From assembly GCA_045600045.1 (NCBI GenBank), contig JAZRXD010000021.1, positions 9,121 to 73,120 on the forward strand: a stretch of 64,000 bases of DNA. Direction: 5' to 3'. The stretch is from Bacteroidales bacterium. Its GTDB lineage: Bacteria > Bacteroidota > Bacteroidia > Bacteroidales > UBA1715. The position numbers and the translations under genes are program-made. The notes beneath the pieces were generated by a model. That model saw only the letters and a list, made by a program, of their open reading frames with translations, was not told where the DNA came from and did no database searches. Below are positions 28,455-37,304 of this stretch, piece by piece (the first letter of the stretch is position 1; the number at the start of each line of letters is the position of its first letter).

Positions 28455-29168
28455 ATGTCGATTTCTGTTAAAAATTTAGTAAAAACATACGGAACGCAAC
28501 GTGCGGTTGATGGAATTTCGTTTGAGATTCCTTCGGGTGAAATTGTAGGTTTTATCGGTCCAAATGGTGCTGGAAAATCTACTACGATGAAGGTTATTAC
28601 TGGGTTTTTGTCTGATTTTGAAGGTGATGTTTTGGTGAATGGCAAAGATGTTCGTTCTAATCCTCTTGAAGTTAAAAAGATGATTGGTTATTTGCCGGAA
28701 CACAATCCGTTGTATCCTGAAATGTATGTCCGCGAATATTTGATGTTTATTGCTAAAATGTATGGTTTAAACAACGATGCGGAACAAGCTGTAAATGATG
28801 TAATTGAAAGTGTTGGATTGACTAAAGAACAACATAAGAAAATCTCAATGCTTTCTAAAGGATATCGTCAACGTGTTGGCTTAGCTTCGGTGTTGGTCCA
28901 TAACCCTGAAGTTTTGATTTTAGACGAGCCAACTACTGGTTTGGATCCCAATCAGTTGATTGAAATTAGAAGTTTGATAGAAAAACAAGGAAAGTCAAAA
29001 ACAGTAATGCTTTCCACTCACATAATGCAAGAGGTTGAGGCGATTTGTGATAGAGTTATTATAATCAACAATGGACAAATCGTTGCAAACGACACTGCAG
29101 AAAATGTGAAACAAAACAAGTCTTTGGAACAAGTTTTCCACGAATTAACCCAAAATCCTACTGAATGA
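28455..29168 (+). CDS. ABC transporter ATP-binding protein (ABC-2 / GldA-like), no adjacent permease
   Basis: Walker A GPNGAGKST, signature LSKGYRQRV, Walker B LILDEPTTGLD, and IGYLPEHNPLY. Confidence 0.85.
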   Translation: MSISVKNLVKTYGTQRAVDGISFEIPSGEIVGFIGPNGAGKSTTMKVITGFLSDFEGDVLVNGKDVRSNPLEVKKMIGYLPEHNPLYPEMYVREYLMFIAKMYGLNNDAEQAVNDVIESVGLTKEQHKKISMLSKGYRQRVGLASVLVHNPEVLILDEPTTGLDPNQLIEIRSLIEKQGKSKTVMLSTHIMQEVEAICDRVIIINNGQIVANDTAENVKQNKSLEQVFHELTQNPTE

Positions 29169-30706
29169 GAAAGGTAATCGCGTTGTTGTCTGTTTTGCTT
29201 TTGTGCTTCTATGTTGATGCACAAAATCCGTCGGCAGCACTCGAAACTCCTATTGATAGCACAGAAATCGAAGATGTTGTTATCAAAAATTACAATACCC
29301 AACTTGATAGTTTGGTGAATTTGTGGTATGTGCAAAAGGCTGGTGCACTGCAATATAACGATAAAACAAAACATCATCACGATAGCACGTATGTGCCTCA
29401 ATTTTCGGATAAGGAATACAAAAAACGCATAGAACAGATGAGTTCTGTGGTAACGTTGACCTACAATGCTAAAGTTCAGACGTACATCAATGTTTATGCG
29501 AATAAACGCAGAAATTCCGTGTCAACTATGTTGGGTTTGTCTGAGTATTATTTCCCGATTTTCGAAGATATTTTTGAACAATACGGAGTTCCTTTGGAAT
29601 TGAAGTATTTGGCAATCATAGAATCTGCATTGAATCCCAAAGCAAAATCTCCTGCTGGCGCTCGTGGTCTTTGGCAATTTATGCCATCAACGGGAAAGGG
29701 ATACGGATTAAAAATAAATTCTTATTTGGATGAACGATGCGATCCAGTAAAATCAACACATGCGGCAGCACAGTATTTGAACAATTTGTATTCCATTTTC
29801 AACGACTGGGTTTTGGCTATTGCAGCATACAACTGTGGTCCTGGAAATATAAAAAAAGCTATTGCTCGTTCTGGTGGTAAAACGGATTATTGGGAGATTT
29901 ATCCTTTTTTGCCGAAAGAAACAAGAAGCTATGTTCCTGCGTTTATTGCTGCTTATTACGTCTTTGAACATCACGAATTACACAACTTGTATCCTCGTAA
30001 GGTGAAAATTCCACAATTAGATACTGTTGTTATTTCTAAAAAACTTCATTTTAAACAAATAGCAGAAGTACTTGAAGTTCCGCTTAAAGAAATTGAGGAC
30101 GTAAATCCTCAGTATAAGGCAGATATAGTTCCTTATAGCGAGGAGGGCAGTCCGTTGTATTTGCCGGTGGATTTTGTTTCTCCATTTATTCGTTTGCAAG
30201 ATTCAATTTACGCTTATAAGGATTCTCTATATCTCAACTTGCAACCAGAAAAAGTTGTTGCATCAACGCCGTATTCAAAGGTTGACAATTCTTCTTCTAC
30301 GGCTGGCAAGTCTAAGGTCTATTACACTGTGAAAAAAGGGGATACGTATTCTCATATTGCGTCGAAATACGGCGTGTCTGTAAATGCTTTGAAAACATGG
30401 AATCATAAAACAAGTAACATGTTGCATATTGGCGACAAATTAGTCGTATATGTCGCTAAATCGGGTGGGGGAAACTATGCCCAAACATCAACGCCTAAAT
30501 CTACTGTTGCTTTGTCAAATACAACGGCAAAAAAGACAACAAATGTTTCTTCAGGAACAAATAAATCATCGTTTCATACTGTGAAAACGGGTGATACCTT
30601 ATGGGGGATTTCGCAGGCCTATGGAACAACGGTGGAAAGTCTCAAGAGTTTGAATGGTTTGACATCTTCGAAACTTTCGCCTGGAATGAGTCTTAGAGTG
30701 CAGTAA
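29165..30706 (+). CDS. lytic murein transglycosylase (MltD-like SLT domain) with two C-terminal LysM domains
   Basis: LAIIESALNPKAKSPAGARGLWQFMPSTG...AAYNCGPGN. LysM domains: YYTVKKGDTYSHIASKYGV and HTVKTGDTLWGISQAYG. Confidence 0.85.
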   Translation: MRKVIALLSVLLLCFYVDAQNPSAALETPIDSTEIEDVVIKNYNTQLDSLVNLWYVQKAGALQYNDKTKHHHDSTYVPQFSDKEYKKRIEQMSSVVTLTYNAKVQTYINVYANKRRNSVSTMLGLSEYYFPIFEDIFEQYGVPLELKYLAIIESALNPKAKSPAGARGLWQFMPSTGKGYGLKINSYLDERCDPVKSTHAAAQYLNNLYSIFNDWVLAIAAYNCGPGNIKKAIARSGGKTDYWEIYPFLPKETRSYVPAFIAAYYVFEHHELHNLYPRKVKIPQLDTVVISKKLHFKQIAEVLEVPLKEIEDVNPQYKADIVPYSEEGSPLYLPVDFVSPFIRLQDSIYAYKDSLYLNLQPEKVVASTPYSKVDNSSSTAGKSKVYYTVKKGDTYSHIASKYGVSVNALKTWNHKTSNMLHIGDKLVVYVAKSGGGNYAQTSTPKSTVALSNTTAKKTTNVSSGTNKSSFHTVKTGDTLWGISQAYGTTVESLKSLNGLTSSKLSPGMSLRVQ

Positions 30707-30708
30707 TT

Positions 30709-32559
30709 ATGTGCGGAATAGCTGGTTATTTTTCTTATTCTAATGTGTTTGATTCCAGTGAATTAAATAGTGTTGGAGAAAGTATTGCTTTACGTGGTCC
30801 GGAATGTCAGGGGGTGTTTTCTGATGACGTTTGTGGCCTAGTTCATCGTCGTTTAAAAATCATTGATTTATCCGATGAATCGAATCAGCCAATGGCTTCC
30901 GAAAATGGCCGTTTTCAAATTGTTTATAATGGCGAGGTTTATAATTACGACGAAATCCGTCGTGAACAACAAATCCAAGTAACGACAACTTCCGATACGG
31001 AAATTGTTTTAAAAACATTGTTGGCAAATGGCGTGGAAGCTGTGGAGTCTTTCAATGGTATGTTTGCCATTGCGTTGTATGACACTCTCGAAAAAAAGCT
31101 TTTTCTCGTTCGTGATAGAATGGGCGTGAAGCCATTGTATTATTATTGGGATGGAGCTAATTTTGCGTTTGCTTCGGAGATTAAAGCCTTACTTCAATTT
31201 GATTTTATAAACAAAAATAAATCAATTGATTATTTGGCATTAAATCAATTTTTACATTTAGGTTATACAGGAGCGGAAAATACTATCTATAAAAATATTT
31301 TCAAATGTCCTGCTGGTTCCTATATGGAAGTTTCTAAAAATAATGTTTCGATTCTGTCATATTGGAAAACGTACGATTGTATACAAAAAGAAACTGTTAA
31401 TGATTATTATTCGGCAAAGGAGATTTTGCGAGATTTGGTAGAACAGGCTGTTCGTTATCGCTTGAAAAGTGATGTGCCTTATGGAACTTTTTTGAGCGGA
31501 GGAATAGATTCTTCGCTTATTACAGCAGTTGCTCAACGAAATTTGAATTCTCGATTAAATACTTTTACGATAGCTTTTGCCGAAAACAAATACGATGAAA
31601 GTCAATATGCGAAACAAGTAGCTGACTATTTGGGCACTGAACATACGGAAATGGTTGTGACTCAGAAAGAAGCGTCAGAATTGATTCCAACTATTCTTGA
31701 TACGTTCGATGAACCTTTTGCTGATTCGTCTGCGATTCCGACAATGTTGGTTTCGAGGTTAGCAAAAACAAAGGCTACGATGATTTTGTCTGGAGATGGT
31801 GGCGATGAATTATTTATGGGATATGGTGCATATAATTGGGCTTCAAGACTTTCCGACTCTTATTTGAATTTTTTCAGGAAGCCTGTTTTTGTCGCATCTC
31901 AGCTAGGATCTTCAAGAATGAAACGTGCCGGTCACGTGTTGAATTATCCTTCGGAGACTCAAAAACCTTCACATATATTTTCGCAAGAACAATGTTTGTT
32001 TTCTCGAAATGAAATCCATCGTGTGTTAAACGAAGATTTTTATTCTGCATTTGATTTACAAAACGAAATTGCCTGTGTGGAAAGACAATTGTCTGCTTCG
32101 GAAAATCAAGCGCTGTTTGATATGAATTATTATTTGCGTGAAGATTTGTTGCCGAAAGTCGATCGTTCATCTATGAAATATTCACTTGAGGTTCGAGTAC
32201 CGCTGTTGGATTATAATATTGTTGAGTTTGCGTTGAACTTAAATGAAAATCTTAAAATCCATAATGGCACGCAGAAATATTTGTTGAAACAAGTTTTGTA
32301 TGACTATGTTCCTGCTCATTTATTTAATCGCCCCAAATGGGGTTTCTCTATTCCTTTGTGTGATTGGCTTAAAAATGATTTACATTACCTTATAGAAGAT
32401 TATCTAAATGAAAACTTGATATGTCAAGTAGGTTTATTTAATCCTAAAGAAATCCATTCGTTAGTAAGAAAATTCGAAAGCGGACGAAATGATTATTTGT
32501 ATAATAGAATATGGCAATTTATTCTTGTACAAAAATTTATGCTGGAAAAATTCAAGTAA
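30709..32559 (+). CDS. asnB: asparagine synthase (glutamine-hydrolysing)
   Basis: N-terminal MCGIAG nucleophile and the SGGIDSS PP-loop. Confidence 0.9.
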   Translation: MCGIAGYFSYSNVFDSSELNSVGESIALRGPECQGVFSDDVCGLVHRRLKIIDLSDESNQPMASENGRFQIVYNGEVYNYDEIRREQQIQVTTTSDTEIVLKTLLANGVEAVESFNGMFAIALYDTLEKKLFLVRDRMGVKPLYYYWDGANFAFASEIKALLQFDFINKNKSIDYLALNQFLHLGYTGAENTIYKNIFKCPAGSYMEVSKNNVSILSYWKTYDCIQKETVNDYYSAKEILRDLVEQAVRYRLKSDVPYGTFLSGGIDSSLITAVAQRNLNSRLNTFTIAFAENKYDESQYAKQVADYLGTEHTEMVVTQKEASELIPTILDTFDEPFADSSAIPTMLVSRLAKTKATMILSGDGGDELFMGYGAYNWASRLSDSYLNFFRKPVFVASQLGSSRMKRAGHVLNYPSETQKPSHIFSQEQCLFSRNEIHRVLNEDFYSAFDLQNEIACVERQLSASENQALFDMNYYLREDLLPKVDRSSMKYSLEVRVPLLDYNIVEFALNLNENLKIHNGTQKYLLKQVLYDYVPAHLFNRPKWGFSIPLCDWLKNDLHYLIEDYLNENLICQVGLFNPKEIHSLVRKFESGRNDYLYNRIWQFILVQKFMLEKFK

Positions 32560-32625
32560 AACTTGAGTTGATTTTTGCACTTGCATAAAATCTAATTTTT
32601 TCACGTGTACATTCCTGTAAATTTT

Positions 32626-32633
32626 TATTTTTG
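32626..32633 (+). promoter_or_regulatory. -7 promoter box (TATTTTTG) for glnS
   Basis: Exact match 17 nt upstream of the ATG at 32650. Confidence 0.45.
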
Positions 32634-32649
32634 CATTTCGTAAGACTTA

Positions 32650-34341
32650 ATGTATATGGCAGACAATACAAATTTAGAAGAAGAAAAAAAATCTCTTAAC
32701 TTCTTAGAAGAAATCATTGAGAATGATTTAGCAAGTGGCAAACATAAATCAATTTTAACACGTTTCCCACCAGAACCAAACGGTTACTTGCATATTGGTC
32801 ACGCAAAGTCTATTTGCTTGAACTTTGGCTTGGCAAAAAAATATGGAGGAAAAACAAACCTTCGTTTTGACGATACAAATCCAGTAAAAGAAGATACGGA
32901 ATATGTTGATTCTATTATGGAAGATGTTCGTTGGTTAGGATTTGAGTGGGCAAGTGTTCACTATGCTTCGGACTATTTCGATCAACTTTACGAATGGGCT
33001 GTTGTTTTGATAAAGAAAGGTTTGGCATACGTTGACGACCAATCTTTGGAAGAAATCAGAAAAAATCGTGGAACGGTTCAAACTCCTGGAACGCCAAGTC
33101 CGTGGAGAGATAGAAGCGTAGAAGAAAATTTGGATTTGTTCGAAAGAATGAAAGCGGGCGAATTCCCTGATGGCTCAAAAGTTCTTCGTGCAAAGATTGA
33201 CATGGCTCACCAAAATATGCAATTCCGCGATCCGATTATGTATCGTATTTTGCATGCTCATCACCATAGAACTGGCGACAAATGGAATATTTATCCTATG
33301 TATGACTTTGCTCATGGTGAAAGTGATTCAATAGAAAATATCACTCACTCAATTTGTACTTTGGAATTCGATATTCACCGTCCGTTGTACGATTGGTTTA
33401 TTCAACAATTAGGAATTTTCCCATCACACCAATACGAATTTGCTCGTTTGAACATCAACTACACAGTGATGAGCAAACGTAAGCTTTTGCAATTGGTAAA
33501 AGAAAATTACGTAAGTGGTTGGGACGATCCACGAATGCCGACAATTTGCGGATTCCGTCGTCGTGGTTACACGCCAGAAGCAATTAGAAATTTCTGTGAA
33601 AAAATTGGTGTTGCAAAACGTGACAATGTGATTGATTATTCTGTTTTGGAATTCTGTCTTCGCGAGCATTTGAACAAAGTTGCTCCACGTATGATGGCTG
33701 TTCTTCATCCTGTGAAAGTTGTGATTACAAACTATCCAGAAGGACAAGTTGAATATTTGACAGCCGTGAATAATCCAGAAGACGAAACTGCTGGAACGCG
33801 CGAAATTCCATTCTCTCGCGAGATTTACATTGAGCAAGATGACTTTATGGAAAATCCACCAAAGAAATATTTCCGTCTTGCTCCAGGACAAGAAGTTCGT
33901 TTGCGTTATGCATATTTCATTACTTGTCAAGAAGTTATAAAAGACGCTGCGGGTAATATAACAGAAATTCATTGTACATACGATCCTGCTTCGAAAGGTG
34001 GAAATTCTCCTGACGGACGTAAAGTGAAAGGTACAATTCACTGGGTTTCGGCAGAACACGCAATTGATGCAGAAGTTCGTTTATTCGACAGATTGTTTGC
34101 CGTTGAAGCTCCAGAAGAATGCGAAGAAGGCAAGACATTCCTTGACAATTTGAATCCAAATTCATTACAAGTTCTTCAAAACTGTAAATTGGAACCATAT
34201 TTGGCAAACAGCAAAGTGCTTGACAAAATGCAGTTCGAACGCCTTGGCTATTTCTGCGTAGATAAAGATTCTACTCCAGAACATTTGGTATTCAACCGTG
34301 CTTGCACGTTGAAAGATAGCTGGGCAAAGATTAACGGATAA
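32650..34341 (+). CDS. glnS: glutamine--tRNA ligase
   Basis: [16 protein letters not shown] (HIGH) and VMSKRKL (KMSKS). An alternative ATG lies at 32656. Confidence 0.92.
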   Translation: MYMADNTNLEEEKKSLNFLEEIIENDLASGKHKSILTRFPPEPNGYLHIGHAKSICLNFGLAKKYGGKTNLRFDDTNPVKEDTEYVDSIMEDVRWLGFEWASVHYASDYFDQLYEWAVVLIKKGLAYVDDQSLEEIRKNRGTVQTPGTPSPWRDRSVEENLDLFERMKAGEFPDGSKVLRAKIDMAHQNMQFRDPIMYRILHAHHHRTGDKWNIYPMYDFAHGESDSIENITHSICTLEFDIHRPLYDWFIQQLGIFPSHQYEFARLNINYTVMSKRKLLQLVKENYVSGWDDPRMPTICGFRRRGYTPEAIRNFCEKIGVAKRDNVIDYSVLEFCLREHLNKVAPRMMAVLHPVKVVITNYPEGQVEYLTAVNNPEDETAGTREIPFSREIYIEQDDFMENPPKKYFRLAPGQEVRLRYAYFITCQEVIKDAAGNITEIHCTYDPASKGGNSPDGRKVKGTIHWVSAEHAIDAEVRLFDRLFAVEAPEECEEGKTFLDNLNPNSLQVLQNCKLEPYLANSKVLDKMQFERLGYFCVDKDSTPEHLVFNRACTLKDSWAKING

Positions 34342-34360
34342 GGATTTAGCTTACATAAAT

Positions 34361-34400
34361 AAAACCCGATGTTGTTTTTCAGCATCGGGTTTTATTTTTT
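34361..34400 (+). terminator. rho-independent terminator after glnS
   Basis: aaaacccgatg / catcgggtttt 11-bp stem followed by a T-rich tail. Confidence 0.8.
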
Positions 34401-34600
34401 GCTTAGTTTCGTTGTTTTTATCTATTCAAGTAAAAACCATCAGAAAAAATTATCTTGAATGAAGAATATATATAATCATTTATTTTGCATTATGCAATTT
34501 GCATAATGTGATTTACATAATAAAAGATTTGGACGTTCTTTGCAGATATGAGACAAAGTAGAATGTATTTCTTTACAATAACACTTTTACAATCATTAAT

Positions 34601-35866
34601 TTATTTGTTATTTACCACCCAAGTTGTGCAATTAAGGAGGCCGCCTTCCTGAGCTACATCGTTGTAATTTATAGTTTCAATAACTTTGTCAGGGAAGGCA
34701 TTTTTAATAATATCAATAGCCAGCTTGTCTTCATCTCTTCCGAATACAGGAATAACTATTAAATTATTGACTTCCAAATAATTCACATATATTCCAATTG
34801 CACTTTCAGGATGTTTGTTGTCGTTGTGTTTAAAGAATGGTACATCAATGTATTTCAAACTATATTGTGTAATTACCTTTTGCATGCCCTCACGCCAATA
34901 CTTGTATTCAGTTGCTAAATTGTTTCCAAGAATGGTATTCCTGTCCACGAATCTCACCATTCCATCTGCATGTCCTGTGTAATCGTTATTTTGTGCAGGA
35001 ATTATAATTATCTCACACTCCAACAATTTCGATAATTCACTAATAAGAACTTCCTTTTCATAATCAGGATTTTCAGAAAAAATTCTATCTGATAATATCG
35101 CCCGTCCATCACAAATAAGGACATTTCCTCCATCAATATTTATATCCGAAAAATAAGCTTCAATATTATTAAGTTTGCAAACTTCCCGCACATCGGAACG
35201 CGAATCTTCCCATTCTTTTTTGCCTTTCAAGTAGCTTGGGTTGTATGTAAACTGAATGAACTTGCCCGATTCAGTTTGAATTGGCATATAGTCACGACAC
35301 CAAATATCCTTCGTACCTTTCAACAGACGATATTCCACATCGTGTTTTCTAAGTATGGAAGTCAACCGATTGAAGCAATCTGGGAAACGCTCTTGAAGTA
35401 GTTCCGACAAATATATAACACTTTTGACCTTTGTCAGTGCTGAAATAGATTCAACTTTCTCAACGACATCGGCAGTTAGCTCTTCTCTTTTCTGTTGTGA
35501 ATTTTTCATTTCCCAATATTTCTTTCTGATTGACGGATAATTACCTTTCATAAACATTTCACACAGATCCTTGGAGGGTTCCCAGTCATTTTGCAGACAT
35601 AAATCCAAAAAGACTGCCTCCTTACCTCTGTCGTTTAGTACAAAGTTTTGAATGTACCCATTTTTGATTCTTCTTCCTAACGGCAATAATCGCTTGTCTA
35701 TTTCCCGAAGAATTTTTTGGTGTTCTTTTTTCGTCAGATTTTTATCAACGAGTTCGTTCATCAACTCTGTCAGTGGTTGTTTTTTCAACCATTTATAAAT
35801 TGATCTACCTGCTCCTACAATAGCGATAACACCACTGATAATTCCGATTATAGATTCTATATTCAT
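34601..35866 (-). CDS. membrane-tethered agmatine deiminase / PAD-fold (guanidino-group modifying enzyme) family protein
   Basis: N-terminal TM helix IIGIISGVIAIVGAG followed by basic residues. The C-terminal ~260 aa carry IWCRDYMP, IDGGNVL, TGHADGMVRF and EGGLLNCTTW, which parallel the W-x-R-D, GH-x-D and GG-x-x-(H/N)-C motifs of agmatine deiminases. Confidence 0.7.
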   Translation of the reverse strand: MNIESIIGIISGVIAIVGAGRSIYKWLKKQPLTELMNELVDKNLTKKEHQKILREIDKRLLPLGRRIKNGYIQNFVLNDRGKEAVFLDLCLQNDWEPSKDLCEMFMKGNYPSIRKKYWEMKNSQQKREELTADVVEKVESISALTKVKSVIYLSELLQERFPDCFNRLTSILRKHDVEYRLLKGTKDIWCRDYMPIQTESGKFIQFTYNPSYLKGKKEWEDSRSDVREVCKLNNIEAYFSDINIDGGNVLICDGRAILSDRIFSENPDYEKEVLISELSKLLECEIIIIPAQNNDYTGHADGMVRFVDRNTILGNNLATEYKYWREGMQKVITQYSLKYIDVPFFKHNDNKHPESAIGIYVNYLEVNNLIVIPVFGRDEDKLAIDIIKNAFPDKVIETINYNDVAQEGGLLNCTTWVVNNK

Positions 35867-35888
35867 AAGTTACAATATTTAAATATGA

Positions 35889-36263
35889 TTATTCCTTTTT
35901 GAAAGTTCCTGAAATCCAGCCTTCTCCTTCCAGAGTATGACTATCTATAATTTCCATTGATAAAGTTCCCAATTCTCCACCAACAGCTATATAAACATAA
36001 TTCCCGTCAATTTTATATTCCCCACTCATTGGAAAACAACCAAAATAGGCAAAACGACAATTCCTTTCACCAAAATAGATTGTGTCAACCAATCCCTTTT
36101 GAAAAACATTCCAAACAGTGCCACGATCATTTTCTCTTACCTTTGTATAACACCCTGTAATGCTTGGTTTTGTTGTGCAGGAAAATAGTAAAATCCCGAT
36201 TGTACCTATTATTACGTTTCTCAACGTAATAATAAACTCATTTCTAATCTCGTTTGCTTTCAT
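35889..36263 (-). CDS. small lipoprotein (124 aa), unknown function
   Basis: Lipobox-like GILLFSC. Lies 22 nt upstream of the PAD-fold gene on the same strand. Confidence 0.6.
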   Translation of the reverse strand: MKANEIRNEFIITLRNVIIGTIGILLFSCTTKPSITGCYTKVRENDRGTVWNVFQKGLVDTIYFGERNCRFAYFGCFPMSGEYKIDGNYVYIAVGGELGTLSMEIIDSHTLEGEGWISGTFKKE

Positions 36264-36647
36264 TAATCCATACCCTTAATCCGTGTCGAGCACAACTTTT
36301 AATATACCGTAACCTACCGACAAAAAAAAGCGTGAAACTTAACCGTCTCCCGCTCTATGAGGTGTTTGGCGTAACCTGAATACACGAAATAAGTAAAGTC
36401 CACGCCATAGCATGAACATAATCACTTATTCCTTTCGTATTCTATTATAGTCGCCAAACTTTCACAGAGAAAGAAATAAAGCTTAATGCTTTTAATATGT
36501 CAAAACCGCATTTTGCAATTTCGCTACAAATGTGTAAAATTTTTTTAAGGAAAACAAATGGTAAATTTTATTGGTATTTGCAACTTTGTGAATGCTTATT
36601 GTTTTTTAATTTTTCAATAACTTATTGAATTACAATCTATTATTTAA

Positions 36648-36818
36648 CTAACAAGTTTGTTAGTAACAAACTTGTTACTAATCAGAAAAGTAACTCGTTT
36701 AATACGAGCATTGGAATCAAAAGAAATTGTAGAAGTAACAGGTAAAAAAGTTGAATTGTCTGATCCCGTTTTTGGTCGTTGGGTTCAGAAGAATTTGAAT
36801 TCATTCTTTAAAGAATAA
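36648..36818 (+). pseudogene. 3' remnant of a gene (winged-helix C-terminus of the type found in DUF234/AAA ATPases); no start codon
   Basis: The in-frame translation ...IRKVTRLIRALESKEIVEVTGKKVELSDPVFGRWVQKNLNSFFKE* reads like a protein C-terminus. Upstream there is only AT-rich sequence dense with stops and no ATG. Confidence 0.4.
36649..36677. promoter_or_regulatory. 29-bp perfect palindrome = two adjacent TAACA-N4-TGTTA operator-like sites
   Basis: TAACAAGTTTGTTA-g-TAACAAACTTGTTA: 14-bp arms that are exact reverse complements. The second site extends to GTAACAaactTGTTAC (36663-36678). Confidence 0.6.
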
Positions 36819-36820
36819 AA

Positions 36821-37030
36821 CTACATTAAATCCTTCACATCAACACCCAGCGCTTTACTAATTGTAAAAAGAGTTTTAATTGTAATATTCACCCGACCAG
36901 ATTCAATTCTGCTCATACTTGAGCGCTCCATGTCGCATAGATATGCAAGGTCTTGTACCGACAGATTCTTTTCTATTCGGAAAGCCTTTATTTTAGAGGC
37001 AATTACCTGAATCTCATCTTGATACTCCAT
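36821..37030 (-). CDS. XRE-family helix-turn-helix transcriptional regulator (69 aa)
   Basis: IKAFRIEKNLSVQDLAYLCDMERSSMSRIESGRVNITIKTLFTISKALGV is a classic Cro/C1 HTH. The ATG at 37030 is preferred to the TTG at 37057. Confidence 0.85.
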   Translation of the reverse strand: MEYQDEIQVIASKIKAFRIEKNLSVQDLAYLCDMERSSMSRIESGRVNITIKTLFTISKALGVDVKDLM

Positions 37031-37035
37031 GTTTT

Positions 37036-37055
37036 GCGTAACATATTTGCTACGC
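37036..37055. promoter_or_regulatory. operator O1: GCGTAACAtattTGCTACGC (one mismatch to the palindrome)
   Basis: Lies 6 nt upstream of the XRE ATG and shares the GTAACA-N4-TGTTAC core. Confidence 0.55.
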
Positions 37056-37068
37056 AAAGAAATCTTTT

Positions 37069-37076
37069 TATATTTG
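37069..37076 (+). promoter_or_regulatory. -7 promoter box (TATATTTG) facing the DUF4236 operon
   Basis: Exact TAnnTTTG match on the plus strand, divergent from the XRE gene. Operator O2 begins 8 nt downstream, over the predicted +1. Confidence 0.45.
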
Positions 37077-37083
37077 CATAATG

Positions 37084-37101
37084 CGTAACATATATGTTAC
37101 G
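37084..37101. promoter_or_regulatory. operator O2: CGTAACATATATGTTACG, an 18-bp perfect palindrome
   Basis: Read directly from the sequence. The core is GTAACA-tata-TGTTAC. Confidence 0.6.
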
Positions 37102-37304
37102 GAGAAAATTTGGAAACAAAAATTTTTTTGTTGTGTTCCAGATTTTTGCACAGTAACAATTTTGATTTGCACAGAACGGAGATGCCGATAGCCGATGTAA
37201 GTGGAGGCAAAAATTAAAATTTTATATTCTATGTACACTTTAAATTTCCCAAATGGTAATGTTCAAACAAATAGTACTTACCTTTTGTATACTGAATAGC
37301 GGAT

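Noticed and set aside
33424-34059. 211-aa ORF antisense to glnS
   Set aside because: It lies entirely inside a strongly supported GlnRS coding frame and has no recognisable motifs.
36308-36375. Two CGTAACC half-sites (36308, 36370) as further XRE operator copies upstream of the lipoprotein gene
   Set aside because: Only the left half-site matches and no TGTTAC partner lies at N4 spacing. A 7-mer is too short to be significant.
34497-37083. Identical 12-mer ATTTGCATAATG at 34497 and 37072 as target-site duplication flanking the PAD/XRE arm
   Set aside because: On the order of 100 identical 12-mer pairs are expected by chance in 64 kb (N^2/2 x 4^-12), and more in AT-rich DNA. There is no associated recombinase.
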